A stretch of 63,949 bases of DNA, filler included, from Octopus bimaculoides (GCF_001194135.2; 6 parts of 6 records of this genome joined end to end with filler, not necessarily neighbours in it); one strand, 5' to 3'; shown: positions 25,330 through 37,668, counted from the whole stretch's first letter. The notes: generated from the letters alone by a model not told the origin. Made by a program: numbers and translations.

Positions 25330-25715
25330 GGCGCAGGAGTGGCTGTGTGGTACACATGGTTCCGGGTTCAGTCCCACTGCATGGCACCTTGAGCAAGTAT
25401 CTTCTACTATAGCCTCGGGCCGACCAAAGCCTTGTGAGTGGATTTGGTAGACGGAAACTGAAAGAAGCCCGTCGTATATATGTATATATATGTATGTGTG
25501 TTTGTGTGTCTGTGTTTGTCCCCCCCCCCCCATCTCTTGACAACCGATGCTGGTGTGTTTATGTCCCCGTAACTTAACGGTTCGGCAAAAAGAGACCGAT
25601 AGAATAGGTACTAGGCTTAAAAAGAATAAGTCCTGGGGTCGATTTGCTCGTCTAAAGGTGGTGCTCCAGCATGGCCGCACTCAAATGACTGAAACAATTA
25701 AAAGAGTAAAAGAGT
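25330..25715 (+). mobile_element. SINE family B, near full length
   Basis: Head ggcgcaggagtggctgtgtgg, internal TA/TG microsatellite, tail aaagagtaaaagagt. Confidence 0.9.
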
Positions 25716-25867
25716 AATATGAATTTATTGTCCCAGTATACTTAATTACATACATATTCCACATAAAAAATATAAAAACAGAAGAAAAATATAATCATGA
25801 ATGAAGAAAAAAGAAAAAAAAAACACCAATTCAATAGTAAGTTACCGGAACTTATTGAAGCAAGCCA

Positions 25868-26500
25868 ACACGCTCGCGGTATTATCGATGGCGATGGCGA
25901 GGCTAAGACGTTGGAACAGTCAAGCACCCGCACGGGCATCACATGACACCTCGGTAAGGTGAGCCGCCAACGATGACAAGAGCTTCGCTGTCAGCGGCCC
26001 AGCCCCTCCAAACGTCTCAAACGTTATAGGCTAGAAGAAATGGCTCTCCGACAAGTCCCGATACTTCAGAATTTTGTTCCGTTTGGTTACGGAAATGGTG
26101 ACTTTCCCCATTTACCTCAGCATCCAGGATGTGGGAAAGCGTAAAGATGTCACTGACTGTGACATCCCAGATGAGGCATCTAAGTCTAACCCAGGGATAA
26201 GGGGTAAGACTATCTGGTCTCTTCCCATCACTTCTGGATAATCTCGCTGGCTCCAGAACTGAGGGGATATTAACCCGAGCCTGGCCCCTTTAAATGATTA
26301 GGTTTAGTTGGGTGTGACGAGCAAAACGACCAGCATTTAGGCGGCAAGACAAGCCATGAAGGCCTGTGGGGTCGAAGGGCGGAACATAGTGACATCTCAG
26401 TCCCCCCACAGACATTGGCTCCCACTCTGAGTGCAATGGAGGTGCAGAGTTCATCCAGACTAAGTAAGCGCCAATGTTGGCCACAGACAGGACATCAACT
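25868..26500 (-). mobile_element. CRE-clade non-LTR retrotransposon C-terminus (CCHC plus restriction-like endonuclease), degenerate
   Basis: TGLHGLSCRLNAGRFARHTQLNLII*...EPARLSRSDGKRPDSLTPYPW...LIWDVTV...KILKYRDL...ETFGGAG...LFQRLSLAI. Confidence 0.8.
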
Positions 26501-26592
26501 CAGTCCCCTATGAATTTCGTACTGAGAGGGGACAGACAATATTCCTCTTTTTCATTGCTATTCTTATATGTTCTTAGCACACACGCACACAT

Positions 26593-26762
26593 CCATTCCC
26601 CTCGCATCGCACGGTCTCTTACAAATTGGTGACCGACCGTGTGATGTACAAAAGAGCCATTCTCATTACCTCGCACCGCACGGTCATTCCAAACTAGTGA
26701 CAAAGACAGTGTGATGTACTAAGGAGCCATTCCCATCACCTCGCATCGCACGGTCTCTTACA
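26593..26762. repeat. About 70-bp tandem minisatellite, about 2.4 copies
   Basis: cctcgcatcgcacggtc...gtgtgatgtac...gagccatt recurs at about 26600, 26669 and 26739. Confidence 0.8.
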
Positions 26763-27792
26763 GTCTTAATTAAAAGAAATACATGTTAGACAAAGTAGTC
26801 GTAAATGCAATTGAAATGACCTGTATGTGTATGTAAATCAGGTAAAGTATTATCACTTACTTTTGAACCAAATGATTCTTTTGGAAGCCGTTGTAAGGTA
26901 ATAGGAACGAAGCTAGCTTAAACGAAAATATACAGTTCATTATGAGGCAGAGATGTCATCCAAACTTTCGAGGAGCGAAGTTAGCATACATGAACTAAGC
27001 AGTTCAGGAGGTAACAAGCCAAGAGCCGATATAATTCCAAGCTGGTTGCACGAAGTTGAAGGTGAAAAAACAAAAACTGTATCATGTTGAAAGAAGAACT
27101 GTTTCTGTTGTGCTGTCTTTTCGCCCGCTGCTTAAAAACTCTCGCGTCTCTGTTTGGGCAGAAAACTGCCTTTTATATTCCTACGCGTCCAGCCCTCATT
27201 GACTGGAGTATGTTAACGTACAACTGTGCTATGCTACGGCAACATAAGTAGCTTTCCTGACTCACTACAAGCTTATTTCTTGTTCTTAAACACTTAGCCA
27301 CTATCTGTTTAAGACACATGACAGGTACAAAAGCTTTATATTATACAGAAAGCATTATATTGTTATGCTGATGTATCTCCCAAGAAATGAAAAAGGGGTA
27401 AAATTTAGAACCCGAGTAATGACTGGTCAATAGAAAAGTTTTTAGAGGAAAAGTATAGGAAATTCAATTGTCATAACAACTGTAAACTATAATATTTTGG
27501 GTCCTTGCCCTTCGTCAGAGAGTTAGGAAATTTTGAAAATATGGTATTGTCGCTTAGTTTTTCTTTTAATATTTATCAAGGCCTAATTCCCCATAAGAGG
27601 GGGTAGCCACAACAAGACACACATCAGGCATTCTATTCATTTCCCAACTCAAAGAGGCGAGCCCCGTCCTATGCTCGGGTCAAGACATAGAAAGCAAACG
27701 CCCGATATCAGCAGCGGGGCTCGACAGCATATGCTGGTTTACCCTCGCCGCATCATGCTGGTTCCATATCCCTTTGAGCAATATCAATTCAC

Positions 27793-28160
27793 TCATTCGT
27801 CCACAAACAATCTCCAAGCTTGTCTATCATTCATAAACTCTCTTGCCTCTCTCACTCCTACACCTCTAACCACCAAAGCTTTCCTCACTCCATCCATCCA
27901 CACAAACCGTGATCTGCCTCTGATTCTGCTGCCTACCACTTCTGCCTTCATCACTCTCCTCACCATCTGCTCCTCATCCATCCTCAGCACGTGGCCAAAC
28001 CGCCTCAACGTACGTCTATCCATTTTGGTTCATAGATTTTCTCTCATTCCTGCTCGCCTTCGCACCTCCTCATTCCTCATCTTATCCATCCCTGTCACAC
28101 CAACCATAGCCCTCAAACATCTCATCTCAAACACATCTAGTCGCCTCCTTTCCGCCCCTC
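27793..28160 (-). mobile_element. RTE-clade LINE 3' end
   Basis: MDRRTLRRFGHVLRMDEEQMVRRVMKAEVVGSRIRGRSRFVWMDGVRKAL...AREFMNDRQAWRLFV is the typical RTE C-terminal motif. Confidence 0.85.
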
Positions 28161-28407
28161 TCAGACCCCACACTTAGTAGTATTCATAATTTAACATCCT
28201 ACAGCTGAACGAAATATCCTTTTTCTATTTTCGTTCAGGTTAATGAACAACACTTAATGACATACTTGACAGGTGCTCGTCACTGTAACCGGTTTTGTGC
28301 AGTTCTCAATGGTTGGTGTATAGGTTGGTTATCCGTCAACTCTTTCACATCATCACTCCACATCTGACAACGTGTTCTTCCGTGACAGCACCTTCCAGGG
28401 TTAGAAT

Positions 28408-28573
28408 CAGAGGCGTGACTAATAGGGGAGCGACCGCTCCACGCGAGGACGTTTTTCAAAATAGGCGTCTTTTATAAAATGCATAACCAATGAGCCAAAA
28501 TCGTTTAGTATGAATTACGGCACCTTTTTTATGTGCTCGCTCCCCCTGCTTTTAGAACCTGGCTACGGCCCTG
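28408..28573. mobile_element. hAT-type MITE (166 bp)
   Basis: Imperfect TIRs cagaggcgtgact / ggctacggccctg. 8-bp TSD gttagaat at 28400-07 and 28574-81. Confidence 0.8.
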
Positions 28574-28689
28574 GTTAGAATTATATGTATCAGTCCTACT
28601 GAGGCAGTCGAAGGGCTGTGGAATTCATTTGCACACAGTGTTCAGAAACCTGGGACGTTTGCCTTCTTAGTCCAAGATACATTCTTTTA

Positions 28690-28890
28690 CATATTTTAGT
28701 CATTTGACTACGGCCATGCTGGAGCACGGCCTTAAAGGGTTTTAGTCGAAGAAATCGACCCCAGGACTTATTCTTTGTAAGCTTAGTACTTATTCTATAG
28801 GACTCTTTTGCCGAACCGCCAAGTTACGGGGGCGTAAACGCACCAACATCGGTTGACAAACGATGGCAGGGGAACACACACACACACANN
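28690..28890 (-). mobile_element. SINE family B 3' half
   Basis: Reverse complement of the family tail. The remainder lies in a gap. Confidence 0.8.
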
Positions 28891-29395
28891 NNNNNNNNNN
28901 NNNNNNNNNNNNNNNNNNNNNNNNNNNNNNNNNNNNNNNNNNNNNNNNNNNNNNNNNNNNNNNNNNNNNNNNNNNNNNNNNNNNNNNNNNNNNNNNNNNN
29001 NNNNNNNNNNNNNNNNNNNNNNNNNNNNNNNNNNNNNNNNNNNNNNNNNNNNNNNNNNNNNNNNNNNNNNNNNNNNNNNNNNNNNACACATGGCGCCAGC
29101 ACAACAGTTCAAAGTTGCAAACTTTGTTCCATTGCTCAACAGCTGCTGTGCAGTGCAATTTAGAGGACCAGTGAAATGTGGGGTAACATTAAAAAAAAAC
29201 AAAAAAAACAAAAATACGTATTTTAAAAATTTTGTTTTGGTAAAGGCTTCCTCATCACTTATATGAAGTGCGTGGGGAAAAAGAAATAACTGGAAAAATC
29301 CCGTCGTAAATGGACAAAATCCAACTTACCTGAGACCGTCATTCCATCCGTCCGTCCGTCCGTCTGTCTGTCTGTCTGTCTGTCTGTCTGCCTGG

Positions 29396-29431
<36 letters not shown>

Positions 29432-29657
29432 TTACCTGTCTACCTGTCTATCTGTCTGTCTACCTGTCTGTTTACCTATCTATCTATCTGTCTGTCTGTT
29501 TGTCTGTACATATGCATGTACGTACTATGCATCTATGTATGTAAATGTGTGTATGCTTGTGTATGTGTGCGTGCGTGCGTTTATAAACATATATACACTC
29601 ACACACGCACAAACATACATACATACATACATATGTATAAACACACTCAATGTAATG

Positions 29658-29688
<31 letters not shown>

Positions 29689-29856
29689 CACATACACACA
29701 AAAGACACATAAGTATGAATTATCTCTTGAACAGGCTTTCAATACTTTTATATTAAATGCGCACAAACGCCCACACACATTCACACTAATACAGTATGTG
29801 AAATAACTTCATACGAAACTACAGCTGCTTGATGGATGTTAAAAGAAACTAATGCG

Positions 29857-29869
29857 CTTGCCTAACAAC
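29857..29869. promoter_or_regulatory. X-box-like CTTGCCTAACAAC just upstream of the B9D1 ATG
   Basis: Two mismatches to GTTGCCTAGCAAC, 5 bp before the start codon. Confidence 0.4.
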
Positions 29870-29874
29870 ACAAC

Positions 29875-29931
29875 ATGGCGTCTAGTAGCGTGTTTTTATT
29901 GAACATCAATGGACAGATTGAAAGCGGCGAA
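29875..29931 (+). CDS. B9D1: B9 domain-containing protein 1, coding exon 1
   Basis: caacATGG context. MASSSVFLLNINGQIESGE |gtaagt matches the B9D1 N-terminus (human ...SVFLLMVNGQVESAQ) with the intron at the equivalent position. Only 19 residues are seen. Confidence 0.85.
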
Positions 29932-30711
29932 GTAAGTCAGATTTAAATTTAATGTTTACGTATCTTTCATTTTTAAAATAATATCATTTACTTAATGTCT
30001 ATAATAGAAAGAGTCTTGTCTGATGTGTTATTTACTACCTCCGTTCATTGTTCCACGACTATTTGTCGCTAGAGTCGCGGAGGGATTTTGTGATTACGTG
30101 ATCGCTGGACCCATAAATAGGGGAACGAAATTTGCTTCAGGGATGCAAACCCAATTCTCATATATTTTACAAAGAAGATCGATTTTGTTCAATATAAAAA
30201 AAGGAACCCAATTATAATAATAATTATATTTGTACAGCAATCAGATAAGATAAATCCAATGATGGAAAAAGTGACGTTTAAAAAGTTTTTACGATTGTTC
30301 GTTCGTTTTGGCGATTATATTTTTGAGGATGCTGAAAGTTTTTTTCATTGCCACCTCACCCCGCCAAAAAATGTTAGAGAGTGCGCTTCCACCCCATAAT
30401 CAGAGTCAGAAACAATTAAGGGGTAGCTGGAGTCAGAGTTGGCAATGGTAAAACTATACTGACTCCGACTCCCAATGTTTGTATTCTTTAATATAAACCA
30501 GTTCTAACATAGAGGCCTACTCAAAGTACAGGTGTATGCATATGCTTTATGAGATATGTAGACCACAATCACTTAATTACATAAAGAGGAGTCAGAGTCA
30601 GAGGTACCAATAGTAGAGGAGTCAGAATCAAAGTTTTTTGTTTTGACTTCACAGCCCAGTCTTCAAAACTTTCCCTTCTCCTAAATTCAGCTGCCCACTC
30701 TTGCATCATTA

Positions 30712-30992
30712 ATAAAGCTGGCTCTTGTGCGGGTGGCACATAAAATACACCATTTTGAGAGTGGCCGTTGCCAGTACCGCCTGACTGGCCTTTGTACCGG
30801 TGGCACGTAAAAGCACTCACTTCACACTCGGAGTGGTTGGCGTTAGGAAGGGCATCCAGCTGTAGAAACTCTACCAAATCAGATTGGAGCCTGGTGTAGC
30901 CATCTGGTTTCACCAGTCTTCAGTCAAATCGTCCAACCCATGCTAGCATGGAAAGCGGCCGTTAAACGATGATGATGATGATGATGATGATG
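30712..30992 (+). mobile_element. SINE family D with RTE-type tail ending (GAT)n
   Basis: ...ggagtggttggcgttaggaagggcatccagctgtagaaac...gttaaacgatgatgatg. Degenerate relatives near 18150, 19380-19620 and 20075-20200. Confidence 0.75.
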
Positions 30993-31004
30993 GAGTGATA
31001 TAGC

Positions 31005-31267
31005 AACCACTTCATGAATGTCCTTGGGGGCTAAGCTGTTTTTCTGCCAGTACTTGATAACACCACAATGCTGAATTTTGTCCATTTTCAAGAGAGGTCA
31101 TGACTAGTTATTTTTGAAGTGTTCTTTGAACAGTCAGATGTCAGTTTACCTGTAAAGAAACAATGCAGTTATTAATAAGAAGGGATGAAATTAATGCATG
31201 CAAGATTTCACAGCTCTCACATCGCCCCTTCATAGTCAGCATATGAACTTTACAGCCCACCCTTATA
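31005..31267 (-). mobile_element. Mariner 5' fragment
   Basis: Minus-strand MDKIQHCGVIKYWQKNSLAPKDIH (mariner N-terminus) plus a TIR-like end near 31267. Confidence 0.7.
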
Positions 31268-31423
31268 CTTCAGTTATTGACATAAAAGGGTTAAAGTTAT
31301 CTTCAGAGAATCAATAGCTTGTGCAATGTAGCTGACTCTATTTCATTATGCTCTTTTGTACTTTTTAGATTAAAATCCTTATAAGGCATAAACAAATGAA
31401 ACTGAAAAGCCTAGTATTTAGTA

Positions 31424-31594
31424 GGCGCAGGAGTGGTTGTGTGGTAAGTAGTTTGCTTACCAACCACATGTTTCTGGGTTCAGTCCCACTGCGTAGCACC
31501 TTGGGCAAGTGTCTTCTACTATAGCCTAGGGCAGACCAAAGCCTTGTGAGTGGATTTGGTAGATGGAAACTGAAAGAAGCCCATCGTATATACG

Positions 31595-31625
<31 letters not shown>

Positions 31626-31830
31626 ATATGTTGTGTGTCTGTGTTTGTCCCCCAACATCGCTTGACAACTGATGCTGGTGTGTTTAGGTCCCCGTAACCT
31701 AGCGGTTTGGCAAAAGAGACCGATTTAATAAGTACTAGGCTTACAAAGAATAAGTCCTGGGGGTCGATTTGATTCGACTGAAGGCGGTGCTCCAGCATGG
31801 CCGCAGTCCATTGACTGAAGCAAATAAAGA
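31424..31830 (+). mobile_element. SINE family B, full length
   Basis: ggcgcaggagtggttgtgtgg...ccagcatggccgcagtc...gaaagaaag. Confidence 0.9.
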
Positions 31831-32684
31831 AAGAAAGAAAGGAAGATCCCACTGGGTAATTGCTGAAATTAAGATCCTTTCTTCCTATTTTATGCAAAAT
31901 GTTTCTTGTAGAAATTTTAATCAAAATATTTCCTTTTTCATAGATTTGAAATTTGAAATCAATGAAATGTGGCTTTATAAAATTTAATTGTTCAACAAGA
32001 GATTATCTGAAATTAATATCTAATTAAAAAAAAAAATCAATTTTTTAAAAATTCACATGAATTTCATTTCCATNNNNNNNNNNNNNNNNNNNNNNNNNNN
32101 NNNNNNNNNNNNNNNNNNNNNNNNNNNNNNNNNNNNNNNNNNNNNNNNNNNNNNNNNNNNNNNNNNNNNNNNNNNNNNNNNNNNNNNNNNNNNNNNNNNN
32201 NNNNNNNNNNNNNNNNNNNNNNNNNNNNNNNNNNNNNNNNNNNNNNNNNNNNNNNNNNNNNNNNNNNNNNNNNNNNNNNNNNNNNNNNNNNNNNNNNNNN
32301 NNNNNNNNNNNNNNNNNNNNNNNNNNNNNNNNNNNNNNNNNNNNNNNNNNNNNNNNNNNNNNNNNNNNNNNNNNNNNNNNNNNNNNNNNNNNNNNNNNNN
32401 NNNNNNNNNNNNNNNNNNNNNNNNNNNNATAAAGTAAAAAAATAAAATCTTTTATTCATCAGAAATTTAGGAGTAAACTCTCCTTGCTGAAAAACTGTGG
32501 TGATGAAAGAAGATTATAAAAACAAAACAAAACAAGAGGCAAAAAAAAAACAAAACTACAAATATTGATTTCAAATTTTGGCATAAGGCCAGCAAGTTGG
32601 TATTTCATTTATTGGCCCTGGAAGAATGAAAAGCTTCTCATGTGAGTTTGTGGAGGTTTGTAGTTTAGCGGTTAGGGTATGCAA

Positions 32685-33400
32685 CGTGGAGGCGCAATGG
32701 TCCAGTGGTTAGTGCAGCAGACTCGCGGTCATAGGATTGCAGTTTCGATTCTCAGACCGGGCATAGTGGGTGTTTCTTGAGTGAAAACACTTAAAGCTCC
32801 ACGAGGCTCCGGCAGGGAGTGGTGGCGAACCCTGCTGTATTTTTTCACCACAATTTTCTCTCATTCTTTCTTCCTGTTTCTGTTGTGCCTGTAATTCAAA
32901 GGGTCAGCCTTGTCACACTGTATTACGCTGAATATCCCCGAGAACTATTTTAAGGGTACAAGTGTCTGTGGAGTGCTCAGTCACTTGCATGTTAATCTCA
33001 CGAGCAGGCTGTTCTGTTCATCGGATCAACCGGAACCCTCGTCGTCGTAAGCGATGGAGTGCCAACAAAGGGTATGGAACTCACGATTGTAAGGTCGTGA
33101 GTTTGATACCCAGTGGTATGTTGTGTCCTTGAACAAGACACTTTATTCCATGCTGCTCCACTTAACTCAGCTGGAAAGAATGATTTGCATCTGTACTTCA
33201 AAGGGCAGTATTGTTACATTCAGTGTCATCTCCCCGAATCTCCCTGAGTGTCATCTCCCTGTGTCATCAGTGTCATCTCCTTGAGAACTACATTAAGGTT
33301 ACACTTATCTCTTCGGCCACTTGCACATTGATTTCAGAGAAGCAGGCTGTTCCATTGATCGAATCAACTGGAACATTGTATGTCATTGTAACCAACAGAG
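32685..33400 (+). mobile_element. SINE family C copy followed by a related degenerate copy
   Basis: gtggaggcgcaatggtccagtgg...gcgatggagtgccaac (32688-33065), then a second partial related body. Confidence 0.8.
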
Positions 33401-33793
33401 TGTAACTCATGAGAGTTGAAAAATATCTTAAAATGTGAGTACAAGATCAGAGAGGAGACTCACAGACATACACGTACTTTCTTTATTGTTATTGCTCAGT
33501 GGAGGTTGAGATTTTCTGGTTATTGTTATCATGCTGGCACAACAGGCCAAGTCATTTTGGAAACATTAGCACCCTATTAGAGAGAAAAAAGACCACTCAC
33601 CAATTTTGATGCTGTTGTCAGAGATACAGAACATGAAATTGGGGATCTACCAATGCTAATGGGGGGTTTAAAGATTTCTGCACTGCATTGTGAAATATAT
33701 CTCAGATGCCCTGATGCAACACCAGGCACTTGCTCTCATGGTTTCTGATCTTAACTAATTGGAAGTTTAATCATATACATATTTCATCTTGCT

Positions 33794-33928
33794 TACATTA
33801 TTTACATTTGACAGATATTTGCCCTTGTCTTGTTTGTTGTTAACACAACATTTTGGCTGATATACTCTCCAGCCTTCTTCAGGTGCCCTGGGGAGATTTC
33901 GAACCTGGGTTCTCATTCCTAAGGTATT
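33794..33928 (-). mobile_element. Headless inverted copy of the hammerhead-tailed SINE
   Basis: Reverse complement of 34085-34220, carrying gggcac-CTGAAGA-a-ggctg...cagcc-aaaa-tgtt-gtgtt. Confidence 0.8.
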
Positions 33929-33982
33929 AAGAAAGGATAGGAAAATATTAAATTTATAAGTCCTAAAATTCACTCCATAATT

Positions 33983-34250
33983 GCCCCCAGGCATAGTGGT
34001 TAAAAGCGCGGGCTACTAACTCCAGGACTCTGAGTTCGATTCCAGGTAGTGACCTGAATAATAATAGTAGTAATAACATTGAAAAATACCTTAGGAATGT
34101 GAACCCAGGTTCGAAATTTCCCCAGGACACCTGAAGAAGGCTGGAGGGTATATCAGCTTGAAACGTTGTTTTAACAACAAACAAGATGAAGACATATATC
34201 CGTCAAATGTAAATAATGTATATAATTCCGTATCTCTCAAATATAGAACT
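33983..34250 (+). mobile_element. tRNA-headed SINE with Penelope-type tail containing a hammerhead-like motif
   Basis: A box tagtggttaa 33994-34003 and B box gagttcgattcc 34032-43. Tail: gacac, CTGAAGA (34131-37), aggctg/cagctt stem, GAAA (34160-63), CGTT, gtttt. Confidence 0.72.
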
Positions 34251-34789
34251 GTATATTTCGTCTTGGTATAAAAGATGGGCTACAGCAAATATTCTGCTCA
34301 ATACCACAGATTTGCTTGTCAGTTGTTTGACCTTAACCAGTTGAGCATGTTCCTTCCTAGCTGACAATATGTGCATCGCTGATCATGAGCAGAAGTAGTG
34401 GAGGAGCATCGTAGCCATGTGTTGAGAGGAATTCTTAGGGGTTTGAATACCCTGGAAAGATGAAAGTGTAAGTGGACCCTGGCAGAATTTAAACTCAGAA
34501 TGTAAGGAACCAGAAAAAGAAAAAAGAAAGCCACTAGGCATTCCTTCCGATACTCGAATGCTTCTCTGTTATAACTAGGGTTAAATTTCATTCTTTCTAT
34601 AATTAACCTTTGGGTTATTAGAAGGCCCTGGGTTGGAGGTAATCTCAAATTTTGGGTGGTTAATTTGAGGAAGAGAAATATCTTTGGTAAAGATGTCAGT
34701 GTACCGTAGGGAATTTTGTTTTTATGCAGGTAAAATTGAATTTGGAACATCAATGGAATGAATCATTATATCATTCATAAAATGAAGGC

Positions 34790-36510
34790 GATGAGATGGC
34801 AGAATTGTTAGCACGCCAGACAAATACCTAGCAGTATTTCATATGTCTTTACGTTCTGAGTTCAAATTCTGCTGGGGTCAACTTTGCCTTTCATCGTTTC
34901 AAGGTCGATAAAATAAATACCAGTTACACACTGGAGTCGATGTGAACGACTTACCCCCTCCTCCAAAACAGCTGGCCTTGTATCAAAATTTGAAATCAAT
35001 ATTCTTTTCTACTCTAGGCACAAGGCCCGAAATTTTGGGGGAGGGGGCCAGTCAATTAGATCATCCCCCAGTACACAACTGGTGCTTAAAAGAAAAGTCG
35101 ACCTCGGCGGAATTTGAACTCAGAACGTAGCAACGGGCGAAATACCGTTTTGCTAACGTTTCTGCCAGTTCACTGCCTTAGAACTTTAAAATAAATCTTT
35201 TCTACTCTAGACACAAGGCCCGAAATTTTGGGGGAGGCGGTTAGTCAATTATATCGACTCCAGTACTCAGCTGTTACTTAATTTATCGACCCCGAAAGGA
35301 TGAAAGGCGGAATTTTAACTCAGAACGTAAAGACAGACGAAATACCTATTTCGTCATTGTCCACAAGGGGCTAAACATAGAGGGAACAAACAAGAACAGA
35401 CGAACGGATTAAGTTGATTACATCGACCCAGTGCGTAACTGGTACTTAATTTATCGACCCCGAAAGGATGAAAGGCAAAGTCGACCTCGGCGGAATTTGA
35501 ACTCAGAACGTAACGGCAGACGAAATACCGCTAAGCATTTCGCCCGGCGTGCTAACGTTTCTGCCAGTTCGCCGCCTTAATTTGAAGTCTATATTTCTCA
35601 TTAAATTAAACAAGTGAGCTGGCAGAATCGTTAGCACACTGGGCAAAATGCTTAGTGACATTTCGTCTGTCTCTATGTTCTGCGTTCAAATACCGCCATG
35701 GTCAACTTTGCCTTTCATCCTTTCGGTGTTGATAAAATAAGGATTAGCTCCCCTCCAGCAAAAATTCAGGTCTTGTGATTTATAGTGTAGAAAGAAATAT
35801 TACTCACCAAATTCACTTCGTTTGAACAATGAATTAAAACTGAAATAACTAATGCTCAGCGCATAGATCAAGGATATAACTTAGCACCGACAGTACGATA
35901 CGAACCATCGACTATTCATTAGATTGTCAGTGCTTTCGCAACAAGGGATTGTAAACGGCAAATTATAGTTTGAGTTGAGTTGTCTTCAGAGAGAAATATT
36001 ATACGTGCATGATGTAAGGGAGGCAATGCTGTAATGGAAGGGAAACAACTACATAAGCAAGTTGTAAAGATTGACTTTTTTTTAAAGCTAAGTTCGAAAT
36101 GTTTTCACATCTTGTCGGTGGATTGGTTGTTTTTAATATTATTAGAGCATTGTATAAAGTACCTTTCCTTACTTGTTCTCGCTCTTTACGTTCTGAGTTC
36201 AAATCCCGCTGAAGTTAACTTCACCATTTCATCGTAAGTTAAATAAGATACTAACCAATTACCGATATCGATGTCATGGACTGTACCAAGGTGGAGGGGA
36301 GCTGGTAGAATCGTTAGCACGCCGGACAAAATGCTTAGCGGCATTTCTTCCGACAAATGTTCTGAGCTCAAATTCCGCCGAGGTCGACTTTGCCTTTCAT
36401 CCTTTCGGGGTCGATAAAAAAAAGTACCAGTTAAGTACTGGGATCGGTGTAATTGATTAATCCCCTCCCTCGAAGTTGCTGGCCTTGGGTCAAAATTTGA
36501 AACCGATATT
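34790..36510. mobile_element. Cluster of 6-7 SINE family A copies in alternating orientations
   Basis: Plus copies near 34790-35005, 35615-35790, 36180-36255 and 36295-36510. Minus copies near 35010-35180, 35195-35345 and 35345-35577. Head GGCGGCGAGCTGGCAGAA. Confidence 0.88.
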
Positions 36511-37383
36511 ATGGACTGTACCCCTCGCTACAGATTCCCAGTTTTGTGCCTTTGTAAGAAACCATGTTTAAATTTTGTCTCCTATCAGACGACCACCATT
36601 TTATTCTATGAAGCTGGTTACATTATTTAGAGTCGTTAGAGCATCTGATAAGATACCTCGTGTTACTTGTCTGTGCTCTGAGTTCAAATCCTACTAAAGT
36701 CAACTTTGCTTTTCATCCTTTCAGGGTTGGTAAGGAAGCACACATCTAGGTTGGGGGATAAATGGAAATTGATGAACGTCAGACTGAATGCTTTGTAGGA
36801 TTTTATCCAGCTCTGTGTGTTCTGAGTTCAAAACCTGGCCATGACCTGGTAATAGACTTAATCTCATACTTGGTCTAACTCTACCATCTGGTACCTTGGG
36901 TACCTTTAGAGTGGAGTCTGCCCTGTTGTAAGCATTCAGGCCAGATTGCTTGCCAATTTGAGGATATCTTTCCTCTCATACCTGCCTCATAGGCAACCAA
37001 TAAAAGTTATAGAGAAAGATTCTACCAGCTACTGAGGCTGATGTCACTGAGCTTCTGCAGGCTGACATCTGCTGTGAGAACATTCGAAGGAACCTCTTCT
37101 TAACTCTTCTGTCTTAACTCTTTTTATCAAGCTGTCCACAAGGATGTTTAAAAGGTCTCCCTTTATAGAAGCTGTTTATGTCTGGCACGAGGAAAGTAAG
37201 TTGCACTGGGATGATTCCCGTGAGTCAAAGGTTATCGAGATTGAAGGGGTTTTCTCTTTCATTGGTGGAAGATTTTAATTCAGAGCTTTTGAAAATAAGA
37301 CATTTGTACTACAGAGCCAGAGGTGGTTTTAGCCAGGTTGGAATCAAAAAGGTTAAGAATTGTTTCTCTTTTATATATTTTAA

Positions 37384-37604
37384 CCCTTTTGTTACCATAT
37401 TTCTGTTGAGATGCTCTGTGTTTCTTTCAATTATTTTAAATATAACAAAGAATTTAGTAAAATAACTTAGTTATCATTAAGCTGGTGTTTGGAACACAAA
37501 TTGTGACTAAGGTTTGGTGGAAGATTTTAATTCAGAACTTATGAAAACAAGACATTTGTACTACAGAGCCAGAGCCAGTTTCAGCCAGGTTAGTAATGAA
37601 AGGG
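37384..37604. mobile_element. piggyBac-type MITE
   Basis: TTAA flanks at 37380-83 and 37605-08. TIRs cccttttgttac / gtaatgaaaggg. A truncated sister copy lies at about 37260-37356. Confidence 0.8.
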
Positions 37605-37668
37605 TTAATGAGGTTCTGATGTACACCAAAGTTAATGTTGTGATGGAATGGTTTGACAGCAAACTTAA

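Noticed and set aside
26593-26762. Short spaced repeats considered as CRISPR-like (also 50272-50380)
   Set aside because: Eukaryotic context, whole units duplicated without unique spacers, and no cas genes; ordinary minisatellites.
33990-34060. tRNA-like sequences here and at the SINE heads (9221, 15630, 32688)
   Set aside because: They have A and B boxes but no complete cloverleaf and are fused to SINE bodies, so they are not tRNA genes.
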